The notes under the pieces were generated by a model. The model saw nothing but the letters and a program-made list of their open reading frames with translations. It did no database searches and had not been told where the DNA came from. A program made the translations under genes and the position numbers. Of a stretch of DNA of 64,000 nt, positions 20,031-32,428 are shown one piece after another. This DNA is from Candidatus Harrisonbacteria bacterium (GTDB taxonomy: Bacteria; Patescibacteriota; Minisyncoccia; UBA6257; UBA11618), in assembly GCA_023244835.1 (NCBI GenBank), contig JAHFLN010000001.1, forward strand, positions 4,912 to 68,911. Reading direction: 5' to 3'. Within the stretch, counting starts at the first letter, position 1. The number at the start of each line of letters is the position of its first letter.

Positions 20031-21152
20031 CTAGATATCCGTGAGCGCTCCCGCCTTGATGCGACGGACCGAGAATTCCCTCGCCGTATCGCCGTTCACA
20101 TCGATCGTAATCATGCCCGTGATGCCTTGGTATCCTTTCGTCGCATACAATGCATCGCGTACGCACGCCGATTCCGTGCCGCCGCATTTTCCGATCGCGT
20201 CGGCTAATACGTTATAGCCGTCAAACGGCAGGGCCGCATAGATTTCCTGGCTTGGCTTCTTTCCGTATGCCTTCTCGTATGCCGCCATATATTCCACGAA
20301 TGCCGGGGCTGAGGCATCGTACGCGTATTGCGTGATGTAGAACCCCTCCGCATCCGGGTTTACTACAACCTCCTTGAAGCCGAAGTATTCGTTGCCGAGC
20401 ACGGGGATCTTCAAGCCGAAGTCCTTGCCCTGCTTGATGAACGCATTCGCCGTCACGGTTGAATTCATCACTGCGACTATGATTTGCGGCTTCAAGGCCG
20501 CGAGTTTCGCGAGCTCTGTCCGCACGTCGTACTCCTTCGAATTCACGCCTTCCGCGCCCAGGATGGCATTCCCCGCTCTCGCTCCGAAGTCCGCGACGAA
20601 CGCGTCTTTCATGCCCACGGTATAGTCCGCATTCTCGAAAAGGATAGCGACGCTCTTATAACCTGCCTTCGCGAGGAATGCCGACATCGCTTTCGCGGTC
20701 GCGACGGACGATGCGGACGTGCGGAACACGTAGTCGCCCGCATCGGTAATCTTCGGCGAGGTAGAAACCGGCGTGAAGAGAACGGCCTTCGCGGTTTCGG
20801 TGATCGGCGCCATGGAAAGCATCGAACCGCTGCAGACGCCGTTCACCACTATCGAAACCTTATCGACGGCGAGGAGCTTCTGCGCCGCAGAGGCCGCCTG
20901 CTTGGGATCGCATGCGTCGTCTTCATATACCATTTCTACCTTCTTGCCGGCGATTTCCGGCCGCTCTAAGGCGGCGAGCTTCCAGCCGCTCGCAACATCC
21001 TCGCCGGACGATCCCGCAACCGGGCCGGTGAAGGGGCCGACATAGCCGATCTTAATCGTATCTGCTCCTGCGCCGTCCTTATTTCTTTTAAACGCCATAT
21101 AACCCCCGACTGCGACGATGATTATTACGACTATTATCCAGATTTGTTTCAT
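20031..21152 (-). CDS. LivJ/LivK-like ABC solute-binding protein
   Basis: EDDACDP, VCSGS, GDYVFRT, GITGMITID. Confidence 0.9.
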   Translation of the reverse strand: MKQIWIIVVIIIVAVGGYMAFKRNKDGAGADTIKIGYVGPFTGPVAGSSGEDVASGWKLAALERPEIAGKKVEMVYEDDACDPKQAASAAQKLLAVDKVSIVVNGVCSGSMLSMAPITETAKAVLFTPVSTSPKITDAGDYVFRTSASSVATAKAMSAFLAKAGYKSVAILFENADYTVGMKDAFVADFGARAGNAILGAEGVNSKEYDVRTELAKLAALKPQIIVAVMNSTVTANAFIKQGKDFGLKIPVLGNEYFGFKEVVVNPDAEGFYITQYAYDASAPAFVEYMAAYEKAYGKKPSQEIYAALPFDGYNVLADAIGKCGGTESACVRDALYATKGYQGITGMITIDVNGDTAREFSVRRIKAGALTDI

Positions 21153-21169
21153 ATGATTCTTTCTTCGGC

Positions 21170-22309
21170 TTAATCAACCGGCACCGGCGCGTCGTTCCTG
21201 ATTTGCTTCATCACGAAGCCTAAGTCCGAGTTCCCATTCGCGTCGAGGGAGAACGTGCCCATCAAGCCCGTCCACTTCTTTATGTTTTCGAGGAGCCAAT
21301 CCTTCACTTTCGCGCTGTCGTCACCCTCCGCTCGCAAACCCACGACCATCATCATGATCGCGTCATGCGTTGCCGCGGCATGGAAGGCGATGAGCGGATC
21401 CCTCTCGTATTTCGCCTTATATGCCGCGAGAAAATCCTTCCACGCGGCGCTTTCGCCGTCATATGCGGGATCGGCGAAGTATAAGCCCTCGAACGAGCCG
21501 ACGATTTTCTTCGCGTCGCCGTTCAAGGCAAGCGTGAAGTCTGAAAAAAGCGGCGCATCCAGCTTTTGTTCCTTGACTTGCTTCATGAAATTGCCCGCGG
21601 AGAGCCCCGTCTGCGAGGCGATCAATATCGCATCGGCACCCCGCGCTTTCAGTTTCGCTATGATAGTGCGGAAATCGTTCGTCCCGGGCTGGAACTGCTC
21701 GTCTATCGCTATTGCGCCGCCGCCCGCCATGATCGTTTCCTTGAAGCTCTTCGCAATATCTAACGTATATTCAGTCACTTCGGAAACCGAGGCTACTTTC
21801 TTATAGCCCATCTTTAGCATCGCATTCGCGATGTCCCGGCCCGCCAGTATGTCAGAATTCGCTGTGCGGAAAATGTATTCGCCTGCGGCATCCACATTGC
21901 TTCCACCTGTTACCGGCGTCATCACGATCGCCTTGTTCTCGTTCGCGACAGGAGCCGCGGCGATCGTGCCGTTGCTACACATACCACCCACGATGTAGCG
22001 GATGCCGTCTACCGAGACGAGCTTCGTTATGGCCGCAAGACCGGTCTTACTGTCGCATTTCGAGTCTTCGACCGTGAGCTCGAGCGGGTGGCCGTTCACG
22101 CCTCCTTTGGTATTTATCTCGTCGATCGTGAGGCGGGCCGCATTCACCATATTCTCGCCCGCGACGGCCAGGTCTCCGCTCAATATCGTCGCGATGCCGA
22201 TTTTTATCGGCGCCGCATTCGCATCGAGAGGCGTCGCCTTGTCTTTATTAACTATCAGATATCCTCCCGCCACTATAACGACCGCGGCCCATATCCAGAG
22301 ATTTTTCAT
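21170..22309 (-). CDS. LivJ/LivK-like ABC solute-binding protein
   Basis: INTKGGVNG, EDSKCD, MCS, GEYIFRT, DFRTIIAKLK. Confidence 0.9.
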   Translation of the reverse strand: MKNLWIWAAVVIVAGGYLIVNKDKATPLDANAAPIKIGIATILSGDLAVAGENMVNAARLTIDEINTKGGVNGHPLELTVEDSKCDSKTGLAAITKLVSVDGIRYIVGGMCSNGTIAAAPVANENKAIVMTPVTGGSNVDAAGEYIFRTANSDILAGRDIANAMLKMGYKKVASVSEVTEYTLDIAKSFKETIMAGGGAIAIDEQFQPGTNDFRTIIAKLKARGADAILIASQTGLSAGNFMKQVKEQKLDAPLFSDFTLALNGDAKKIVGSFEGLYFADPAYDGESAAWKDFLAAYKAKYERDPLIAFHAAATHDAIMMMVVGLRAEGDDSAKVKDWLLENIKKWTGLMGTFSLDANGNSDLGFVMKQIRNDAPVPVD

Positions 22310-22384
22310 ATCGAAATACTACCTGTTAGAGCCTCATAAAATCAATCGATAAAAAATACTCCGTCATTCGACGAGGTATCTTCC

Positions 22385-24490
<2,106 letters not shown>

Positions 24491-24501
24491 TGCGTCGTAT
24501 A

Positions 24502-24969
24502 TTACCAGCCGAAATGAGCGAACGCGCGGTTCGCTTCGGCCATGCGGTGCATGTCGAGCTTCTTCTTAACCGCCGTACCCTCGTTTTTCGACGCCGCGAT
24601 GAATTCCTCGGCCAGCTTTTCAGCCATTGACTTTCCCTTCTTCGCTCCCGCGGTCGCGATCAGCCAGCGGACGGCAAGCATGTACTGGCGTTCGGGGCGC
24701 ACCGGGCGCGGCACCTGGTAGTTCGCGCCTCCCACGCGACGGCTCGACACCTCGACTGCTGGGGAGATGTTCTCCAGCGCCTTCTCGAATACCTCGATCG
24801 GAGCCTGCTTGTGCTTCTTCTCGATCAGGTCAAACGCATCGTAGACGATCTTCTCGGCCACGGCCTTCTTGCCATCCTCCATTATATAGTTGATAAAGCG
24901 ACCGACGGCGATATTACCGTGCTTCAGGTCTCCTGCGTGATCGCGCTTATAATTACGTTTCTTTCTCAT
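24502..24969 (-). CDS. rpsG: 30S ribosomal protein S7
   Basis: [23 protein letters not shown]. Confidence 0.99.
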   Translation of the reverse strand: MRKKRNYKRDHAGDLKHGNIAVGRFINYIMEDGKKAVAEKIVYDAFDLIEKKHKQAPIEVFEKALENISPAVEVSSRRVGGANYQVPRPVRPERQYMLAVRWLIATAGAKKGKSMAEKLAEEFIAASKNEGTAVKKKLDMHRMAEANRAFAHFGW

Positions 24970-25086
24970 CCCGTTAGAAGCAGGTTATCGCAGATAACCG
25001 CATAGTAGCATTAGATATAGTATTGATTGACTCGATGATGATACTCATTTTTTTCTAATAAGGCAACTTAAGGCGCTTCTAACGGG
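24970..25086. mobile_element. MITE-like element, family B, between rpsL and rpsG
   Basis: Perfect TIRs CCCGTTAGAAGC / GCTTCTAACGGG with AT on both sides; removing it restores the TAATG stop-start overlap. Confidence 0.7.
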
Positions 25087-25087
25087 A

Positions 25088-25513
25088 TTATGCGGCCTCG
25101 GCCTTCTTAGGGGTTTTCGCGCCATATTTAGAGCGCTGCTGCTTCCTATCTTTCACGCCGCTCGTGTCGAGGACTCCGCGGAGGATATGGTAGCGCACGC
25201 CCGGAAGATCCTTAACCTTGCCGCCGCGGATTACGACTACCGAGTGCTCTTGGAGGTTGTGGCCTTCGCCCGGGATGTATGCCGTGACTTCGCTGCCGTT
25301 CGTAAGCCGTATACGGGCAACTTTCCGAAGCGCCGAGTTCGGCTTCTTGGGGGTCGTCGTGAAGACCTTCACGCATACGCCGCGCTTGAAGGGTGACGCC
25401 GAGTTCACCGGCTTGTTCAGGATATTATTGAAATACTTCAAAAGGGCCGGAGACTTTGATTTCGTCTTGAGCGGCTTCCTTCCTTTACGCACCAATTGTC
25501 GCATTGTCGGCAT
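25088..25513 (-). CDS. rpsL: 30S ribosomal protein S12
   Basis: [27 protein letters not shown]. Confidence 0.99.
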   Translation of the reverse strand: MPTMRQLVRKGRKPLKTKSKSPALLKYFNNILNKPVNSASPFKRGVCVKVFTTTPKKPNSALRKVARIRLTNGSEVTAYIPGEGHNLQEHSVVVIRGGKVKDLPGVRYHILRGVLDTSGVKDRKQQRSKYGAKTPKKAEAA

Positions 25514-25693
25514 GTGTCGGTCTTATAATCGAATTATCATGATATCAGATGCGCTGGGACATTGTAAAGATGACGGGCCTGATCCTTTCACGGACCCTGC
25601 GATCCATTGACATATTCCAATAAATAATGCATATTAGTGACAGATGGGGCATAGCAATCCCCTCTTTCCTATCTCTTATCAGGAGCTGAAATC

Positions 25694-26305
25694 ATGGCGA
25701 CATTCGCCGAACAGCGAGAAGCGGAGCATCAAAAATTCCTCGAGACATTGCTCCAGGCAGCCCGGACGTATGCCGAAACGGCAGCGCCCGACGAGTATTT
25801 CGATTGGCAGAAGCTCGTAGCCTCTACGATGATTCTCACACCAGAAGTACTTCGCGAGATGATCGGCGAACGCACGATGATCCTGCGAAGCCAGGCCCTT
25901 TCGAAGGCCCTCCAGAACCATTCCGTCGCGGTCATGTGCGTGAAGACGCTCCTCGACTGGCATACTCTCGATCCCGACTGGAGTCCCGAGCGCATGGACA
26001 TGGGTATCGCCCAGGAATTCCTTGCCCGTGTCATCGTCAGCGTCCATCTCTTCAGCAATACGCCGCAAGAGGCGGCGTATCTCGTATGGCGGCTCATTGC
26101 CGCCATGATCATGTCCTATGGCGCGGAAATGACGAATGGCTATCTCGAGCAGATGGTCAGCGGTCAGACGCTCCTCTACGGAAGCTCTGCGATGGATGAC
26201 GTTCCCAGATCGGAATGCCTCCGTCGTGACGAGATGATCGCTACCATGCCCGAGCGCTATGCGATTCCCAAAATCAACGCGCCGCTCACGTGGGCCGCGC
26301 CGTGA
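25694..26305 (+). CDS. hypothetical protein
   Basis: AGGAG SD; TTGACA promoter-like sequence near 25607; terminator 26341-26376. Confidence 0.65.
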   Translation: MATFAEQREAEHQKFLETLLQAARTYAETAAPDEYFDWQKLVASTMILTPEVLREMIGERTMILRSQALSKALQNHSVAVMCVKTLLDWHTLDPDWSPERMDMGIAQEFLARVIVSVHLFSNTPQEAAYLVWRLIAAMIMSYGAEMTNGYLEQMVSGQTLLYGSSAMDDVPRSECLRRDEMIATMPERYAIPKINAPLTWAAP

Positions 26306-26374
26306 CGGGAGATCGGACGAAGAGAATGTTTGCGATAGTGCGCCGCCCCAGGCACCTGCCTAGGGCGGCGTTTT

Positions 26375-27001
26375 TTATGCGACGCCCGTAAACGCCATAA
26401 GCGCGCCGTACAGCGCCTCTACAACTTCCCCCACTAATGAGAATCCGAGAAATATGAACGCGAGGATCAGGACCATGCTATTTCGTTCGAGAAAGTCGAT
26501 TATGGGCGAACGATCGGGTAGGAGCGCCGTAAGAATCTTCGAGCCGTCCAAAGGCGGGATCGGAACCATATTAAATACAGCAAGCATAAGATTAATGAGA
26601 ATAACGTAGGTAAACGCTACGCTTATCGCCAACCCTTGTCCCGTAAACGATACGAGGAGAGCGAATACGAACGCGATTATGATATTGCTTACGGGCCCCG
26701 CGAGCGCGATAATGCCCGCGCCCGTTTTCGGATTCTTTAGATTGTACGGATTATACGGCACGGGTTTTGCCCAACCTATGATTATGGGCTGGGCACCGAA
26801 CAGGACCGGGATTGAGAGGAGTAGCGGCAGAATCACCGATCCGAAGGGGTCGATATGCCGCACGGGGTTCAGCGTCAAGCGGCCCATGCGATATGCCGTC
26901 TCGTCGCCCAGCCAATACGCAACCGCGCCGTGCGATATTTCATGCACGATGACCGAGAAGATGAGCACGGCGAGCTCGAAGAGGATGATGATCGGTTCCA
27001 T
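26375..27001 (-). CDS. site-2 protease (M50) family
   Basis: HEISH, ALAGP, FNMVPIPPLDG; start moved to MEPII. Confidence 0.95.
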   Translation of the reverse strand: MEPIIILFELAVLIFSVIVHEISHGAVAYWLGDETAYRMGRLTLNPVRHIDPFGSVILPLLLSIPVLFGAQPIIIGWAKPVPYNPYNLKNPKTGAGIIALAGPVSNIIIAFVFALLVSFTGQGLAISVAFTYVILINLMLAVFNMVPIPPLDGSKILTALLPDRSPIIDFLERNSMVLILAFIFLGFSLVGEVVEALYGALMAFTGVA

Positions 27002-27134
27002 CCATGCACTATATCGACTCCTTGGACACGAGGCAAACCCCTTGCCAGGGCCCACAGCCTCCCGTATCATTATATTTTAGTACGTCTCTGTACGTAATAC
27101 TGTCCGCTTCACCCCTTCAGAAGGAGGCACGACG

Positions 27135-27623
27135 ATGCCCGTATTACACTGGCATACCGCCGCGTGGGATCTGCAAGCTGGCTGGAAGAGTCTCGCGAGA
27201 ACCCTTTCATCCCAGTACCTCGGAATCGAAGTCCGCGGTCAGGAGATGTTCGAGAGCCATGTCAGGTGGGCCGCATCGTTCGCCCCCCACATCCTCTCGG
27301 ATTTCGAATGGCCTGAAGTCGAAGATTCGCACGTCCTCATGCTCGTCAGCATGACGAATGTCGATTCTTTGGAACCCGCCGAGTCCGTCCTCGTGATCGA
27401 GCAGGCCCATTTCATACGGCAGGTGCGATGGGAGCGGGTTCCCGGAACCGCGCTCATCATCCCCAATCGCCCGCTCGAGGACATGAAGGCAATCATTGCG
27501 GGGCAGTCGTTCGGCCGCGTTCAAAAACTGGGAACGCCCGGAACGATGTTCATGGTTTCCGATGATACGGCCGATGCCATGATTAGCGCGGCGCTCGGAC
27601 GCCGAGCTCTCATGCCTGCCTGA
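27135..27623 (+). CDS. hypothetical protein
   Basis: AAGGAGG SD; 162 aa; hairpin downstream at about 27664-27690. Confidence 0.6.
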   Translation: MPVLHWHTAAWDLQAGWKSLARTLSSQYLGIEVRGQEMFESHVRWAASFAPHILSDFEWPEVEDSHVLMLVSMTNVDSLEPAESVLVIEQAHFIRQVRWERVPGTALIIPNRPLEDMKAIIAGQSFGRVQKLGTPGTMFMVSDDTADAMISAALGRRALMPA

Positions 27624-27783
27624 ACGCGAAAAATCATGCGCGACTATGCGGAACGTCGCATGCGCCGGGCTCTCACAGCCCGGCGTTTTTCATCCTTGTA
27701 TAATTGACATTTATCAGAAAATAAAGTTTGATAATCGTGTTGTTACCCACCCCCGCATCTTTCACAACTCAAGGAGTCCCGTT

Positions 27784-28869
27784 ATGGGAAGGCTCGAAGT
27801 AATCAAGACCATTCCTGCACAGAAAGCCGTGCGCGCCCCGCGCATCGTGGAGCCTGCTCCGACCGCAGGCTTCGCGAAATTCACTGAATTTCAAGATGCT
27901 ACGGGAGCCGATCTCTCCCTCGACGATGCCCTTGTTCGCGCGGGCTATCTCGAGCATGCCGATGAAACGGCGTTCTTTACCCGCTATCGCGGCACCGTCG
28001 CCAGCCGTTTCTCGAAAATCGGGCTTGGAAAAGCGTTTCCGCCTTCCATCCGGCATCGGCTTAATGCGGCAACTCATCTCCAAGCGATCTTTGTCGATCA
28101 GCCTGAATTCCACGAAGCGCTCATTCTCGCGTGGGGATCCTATGCCGACGCCACTCTCAAGGCGGCCCGGAAAAGCCAGAGAGCGGACATTCTCGAGTCA
28201 TTCGGTTTTCCTTCCGGCTTTTTCGAGATCCATGAGCCGTCGGGCATGCCTATGACCACGATCGCCGTCTGGGGTATGGTGCCGGATAACAAAGGTCTCG
28301 CCTATGCGAAGGCGATGGACTGGCTTGCCGCCTTGGGGACTTTGAATCCTTATAAACGGAGGGATGCCCGCTCATTCGAGATCCGGCCGGGAATCAACAC
28401 CGTGTCGCTTTTTCAGCGGTCGCCGACCATTGCGCATACGGGACGCTGTCTCGCATCGTTCGGCATTCCACTTACGCATAATGAGGCTGACCGCCTCATC
28501 CGGAAAGCAGGATACGTTCCCGGAGGGTTCAAGGATCTCATCCAACATCTCACGCCGGAGATCATTCTCGGAATTCCAAACCCGAACTATCCCGACCTTA
28601 CGGGAAGGAACCAAACACCGGAACGGATCAATGGCATCGTTTCGGGCGCGCCGATCGTCGCGCTCGCATCTGCCGACGAGCACCATGTCCCCTGTTTCTC
28701 GCTTACTTCGACATACGGAGTTACGCTCGATGCGGCTTCCCTGGGAGGAGGCGGATTCCCGCCACACACCCGGTTCATAGCGCTTTCGGGTGCCCGTGAA
28801 ATAAAGACGCGATCTCCGTATGAGACACGAGACGTTCCCGGAACGACTCGCGAAGGCGTCCTGCTCTGA
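27784..28869 (+). CDS. hypothetical protein
   Basis: AAGGAG SD before MGRLEV; 361 aa; no recognised motif. Confidence 0.6.
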   Translation: MGRLEVIKTIPAQKAVRAPRIVEPAPTAGFAKFTEFQDATGADLSLDDALVRAGYLEHADETAFFTRYRGTVASRFSKIGLGKAFPPSIRHRLNAATHLQAIFVDQPEFHEALILAWGSYADATLKAARKSQRADILESFGFPSGFFEIHEPSGMPMTTIAVWGMVPDNKGLAYAKAMDWLAALGTLNPYKRRDARSFEIRPGINTVSLFQRSPTIAHTGRCLASFGIPLTHNEADRLIRKAGYVPGGFKDLIQHLTPEIILGIPNPNYPDLTGRNQTPERINGIVSGAPIVALASADEHHVPCFSLTSTYGVTLDAASLGGGGFPPHTRFIALSGAREIKTRSPYETRDVPGTTREGVLL

Positions 28870-28930
28870 AACGGACCCGCTGTTTCGAATTCCATGCCAC
28901 TGCCAGGCCATCAAGCCAGGCAGTGGTTTT

Positions 28931-29671
28931 TTATTTCTCCCCCAGGAAGATTTTCTCGAGCACGCCGGACGACAGAAGCTCCTCCGGCTTCCCTTGTGCC
29001 GCCACTTTTCCCTTCGCAAGCACATATGCCCGATCGACGATACCTAAGATTGATTTGATATTATGCTCAACAACCACGATTGCCGTCCCGTGACGCTCGT
29101 TGATCTCTTTAATATTTTCGAATACCTCCTTCACAATCTTAGGCGCTAAGCCAAGCGACGGCTCGTCGAGCAAAAGCACTTTGGGGTCAACCATCAACCC
29201 GCGGGCGATCGCGAGCATCTGCTGCTGGCCGCCCGACAGAGTTCCCGATTTCGTTCTCCGTTTTGCCTTCAGCGCCGGAAACGTTTCCATGACTTCGGCC
29301 ATGCGCCGCGCGAGCTCTTTTTTGTCGCCGACTATGAAGCCGCCGATCTCCAAGTTCTCCTCGACAGTCAGATATTTGAACACGCGACGCCCCTGCGGAA
29401 CGAAGGCGATCCCCCGCGCAACAACCTCGTGCGGCACCGGCTTAAACCGCTTCTCGTGCCATAAGACCTCGCCCGAATGGACGGGCGCGATGCCGAAAAT
29501 CGCCTTCAACACCGTAGATTTTCCCGCGCCATTCGGACCCATAAGAGCCACGATCTCGCCTTCATCAATCGCGACCGAGGCGCCGTCCAAGGCATGCACG
29601 CCCCCGTAGTGGACATGCACATCGTCGAGTTTCAGGAGAATTTCCTTTTCATTTCTGATTTCGGATTTCAT
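28931..29671 (-). CDS. livF: branched-chain amino acid ABC ATPase LivF-like
   Basis: GPNGAGKS, VPQGRRVF, LSGGQQQMLA, LDEPSLGLAP. Confidence 0.93.
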   Translation of the reverse strand: MKSEIRNEKEILLKLDDVHVHYGGVHALDGASVAIDEGEIVALMGPNGAGKSTVLKAIFGIAPVHSGEVLWHEKRFKPVPHEVVARGIAFVPQGRRVFKYLTVEENLEIGGFIVGDKKELARRMAEVMETFPALKAKRRTKSGTLSGGQQQMLAIARGLMVDPKVLLLDEPSLGLAPKIVKEVFENIKEINERHGTAIVVVEHNIKSILGIVDRAYVLAKGKVAAQGKPEELLSSGVLEKIFLGEK

Positions 29672-29680
29672 AGTTCGAAT

Positions 29681-30412
29681 TTATTCCCCGAGGTACGCCT
29701 CGATTACGTCCCGGCGGGCAAGCACTTCGTCGGGCTTTCCCTTGGCTAAAAGACCGCCCGCATCCATCACGATTACGTGGTCGGAGAGCTCCCTGATCAA
29801 CTCCATATTATGCTCAATTAAAAGCACGGTCTTCCCCGCGGCCTTCAGCTCGCCGATAATCCCGACGATCACCCGCACCATCTCCTTGAAAAGCCCCGCG
29901 AACGGCTCGTCTAAAAGCACGATGTCCACATCCATAGCGAGCACGCGGCCGATCTCCACAAGCTTCCGCTGGCCGTATGACAGATTGTACGCGAGCTCGC
30001 GCCGCTTCTCCCACAGGCCGATCTTCTCGAGAACGGCCTTGACTCTTTCCTCGCGGTCCGCGCTTCCACGCTCGAGGAGCGCGGCAAGGGGGCCGCGCGC
30101 GGTCAATGCGACCATTATATTATCAGCAACCGTCATCTGCTCGAACAGGCGCACGTCCTGGAAGGTGCGCGTGATGCCGAGCCGCGGCAGGCTCTCGGGC
30201 CGTATCGCATGAAACGATTTTCCACCGACAACGACCGCGCCTCCCGTAATCGCGTGCATACCCGTCAAGACATTCACGAGCGTCGTCTTGCCCGAGCCAT
30301 TCGGACCAATGACGCTCGTGAGCTTCCCCTTCGCGAATGATATCGAGAGATCGCTTATGGCGTGGACTCCGCCAAAGCTTTTTTTAAGATTCTTTGTCTC
30401 CAGTATATTCAT
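29681..30412 (-). CDS. livG: branched-chain amino acid ABC ATPase LivG-like
   Basis: GPNGSGKT, RTFQDVRLF, LSYGQRK, IEHNM, VIEAYLG. Confidence 0.93.
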   Translation of the reverse strand: MNILETKNLKKSFGGVHAISDLSISFAKGKLTSVIGPNGSGKTTLVNVLTGMHAITGGAVVVGGKSFHAIRPESLPRLGITRTFQDVRLFEQMTVADNIMVALTARGPLAALLERGSADREERVKAVLEKIGLWEKRRELAYNLSYGQRKLVEIGRVLAMDVDIVLLDEPFAGLFKEMVRVIVGIIGELKAAGKTVLLIEHNMELIRELSDHVIVMDAGGLLAKGKPDEVLARRDVIEAYLGE

Positions 30413-30415
30413 ATG

Positions 30416-31564
30416 CTATTTAAACGGAATAAATGCGCCATTTCTGACCGTTTTCAATTCGAACTCCCCACCCAAGACCTGATGCTTTTCGTCGAACCCC
30501 AAGTCGCCTATAAACGCTCCTTTAATGCGGACTTTCTCAAGCGCGTTCCGAATCTCCTGCCCGTTCTTCGCTCCTGATCCGATCGCGGCGACAATAATAC
30601 GAACCGCATCATACGCATTCACGGCCGCAGGCCCTTGCGGATCTTCATTGTATTTCGCCCGATACGTTTCCTTGAATGCTTTCTGCTCCTCGTTTGCCAC
30701 CGGGTAGGTATAAATCACACCGTCCATCGCCGACCCGAAACTCTCAAGCACACTTTCGTCCTGGATGTCCGCGGCAGAGAGTATTATCGCCCTGAATCCC
30801 AGCTCCTTCGCCTGTTTCAGGAAACTTGCCTTTGTGTGCGGAGCGAGAAAGGAAATGAATACAGCCTCGATATTCGCCGTCTTCATCTTCGCAATGACAG
30901 TTCTAAAGTCCTGGATACCCGTCGGCATTTCATGTTTCTCCCCTATCTGAATGCCGTGGAAAGGAGAGGCTTCCTCGAAAAGCCGCGTCATCATCGTGCT
31001 GTACGAGTCCTGATCCCACACCATCGCGACCTTCTTCAACTCCACTCGCTCGGCATAGGCCTCGAGCGCCGCTATTTCCTTCCGTTGGGGCGCGTACGTC
31101 GAGAAAATATAGTCGATTGACTGCTTCTGGAACTCTAGCGCTTCCATAGCAGTATCAGGCGACACAGCCGGGGTCATAGAGCCGTTTATGACCGGGCTCG
31201 CTCCCTGGTAGGCATCGCCCCATGTGGGACCGACGATCGCTATGACATGGTCGGCGTTCACAAGCTTCTGCACGGCATTCACCGTCGTCTTATTCTCGCA
31301 CTGCGTGTCCTCGATCATGAAATCGATCTTCTTGCCATTCACGCCGCCCGCAGCATTCGCCTCGTCGACCGCCATCTGCGCCGCCTTCTTCTCGCCCTCG
31401 CCCCACTCGGCGCATACGCCTGATAGGCCGAATGCCCCGCCGAGTCGTACCGTCGACAGGTCGTCCAACTCCGCGACTTTCGCTTCGCGGCGAGACATTA
31501 CTAAGCCAATTCCCACGACAAGCAGCATAACAATGAGCGCGATATAGAGAGAATTCCTTTTCAT
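30416..31564 (-). CDS. LivJ/LivK-like ABC solute-binding protein
   Basis: NAAGGVNG, EDTQC, DFRTVIAK; lies inside the liv operon. Confidence 0.9.
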   Translation of the reverse strand: MKRNSLYIALIVMLLVVGIGLVMSRREAKVAELDDLSTVRLGGAFGLSGVCAEWGEGEKKAAQMAVDEANAAGGVNGKKIDFMIEDTQCENKTTVNAVQKLVNADHVIAIVGPTWGDAYQGASPVINGSMTPAVSPDTAMEALEFQKQSIDYIFSTYAPQRKEIAALEAYAERVELKKVAMVWDQDSYSTMMTRLFEEASPFHGIQIGEKHEMPTGIQDFRTVIAKMKTANIEAVFISFLAPHTKASFLKQAKELGFRAIILSAADIQDESVLESFGSAMDGVIYTYPVANEEQKAFKETYRAKYNEDPQGPAAVNAYDAVRIIVAAIGSGAKNGQEIRNALEKVRIKGAFIGDLGFDEKHQVLGGEFELKTVRNGAFIPFK

Positions 31565-32427
31565 AGTTTATATTCTCCGAACATGCCCTGCGGCCGATAC
31601 AGCATGAGGAGGACGAGAATCGCCCCGTACGCGACCTGGCGCATCTGCGCGGCGATGTCGGGCGGGAAACCTACGAACCGCAGGATCTCGGGCAAGAGGA
31701 TGAATACGATCGCCCCGAATACCGACCCGTTCACGTTCGCGAGCCCGCCCAAGATCACGAGCGACAATATGAAGATTGACTCATTAAGCGAGAAGGTTGA
31801 GGGATCGATATAGGAGATATATGAGGCGAAAAGCGACCCTGCGACCGCCGCGAGCATCGCGGCGATCATAAAAATAATGCGCTTGTACCGCGCCGTGTCA
31901 TAACCGAAGACCCGCAAGGCATCTTCATCTTCCCGAATTCCTTTAAGCGCCCTGCCAAACGAAGATTTCACGATCCATTGCGAAATAGCGTAGGTCAAAA
32001 GCGCGAAGACTATGGAAAGGATGAGGAATTGCGCGTTCGTGCGTATCGCCGTTCCAAACAACTCCGGCTTCGGAATACCCGGAATCCCCAAAGGGCCGCG
32101 CGTGACGCTCTGAACGTTCAGGAATATGCTGAACACGATTATATTGAAACCGAAAGAGACCAAAGCGTAATAGTCTCCCTTAAACTTCCCTGACACGATG
32201 CCGATGAACCATGCGGCTGCGGCCGCGCATACCATGCCGATCGCGGTTGCTTCGAAAAAGCCGTATCCACGAGACACCGTGAGGATGCCCACCGCATATG
32301 CTCCCACGCCATAGAACGCCGCGTGCGTCACCGATAGGAGCCCTGCGTAACCCACGACCAAATTCAAGCTCATGCCTAATATGGCATAGATCGAAGACAT
32401 GACGGCTAAATGGATAAGGTATTCCAT
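31561..32427 (-). CDS. livM: branched-chain amino acid ABC permease LivM-like
   Basis: NLVVGYAGLLS, GDYYAL, TRGPLGIPGI, IREDE, RPQG. Confidence 0.92.
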   Translation of the reverse strand: MEYLIHLAVMSSIYAILGMSLNLVVGYAGLLSVTHAAFYGVGAYAVGILTVSRGYGFFEATAIGMVCAAAAAWFIGIVSGKFKGDYYALVSFGFNIIVFSIFLNVQSVTRGPLGIPGIPKPELFGTAIRTNAQFLILSIVFALLTYAISQWIVKSSFGRALKGIREDEDALRVFGYDTARYKRIIFMIAAMLAAVAGSLFASYISYIDPSTFSLNESIFILSLVILGGLANVNGSVFGAIVFILLPEILRFVGFPPDIAAQMRQVAYGAILVLLMLYRPQGMFGEYKL

Positions 32428-32428
32428 A

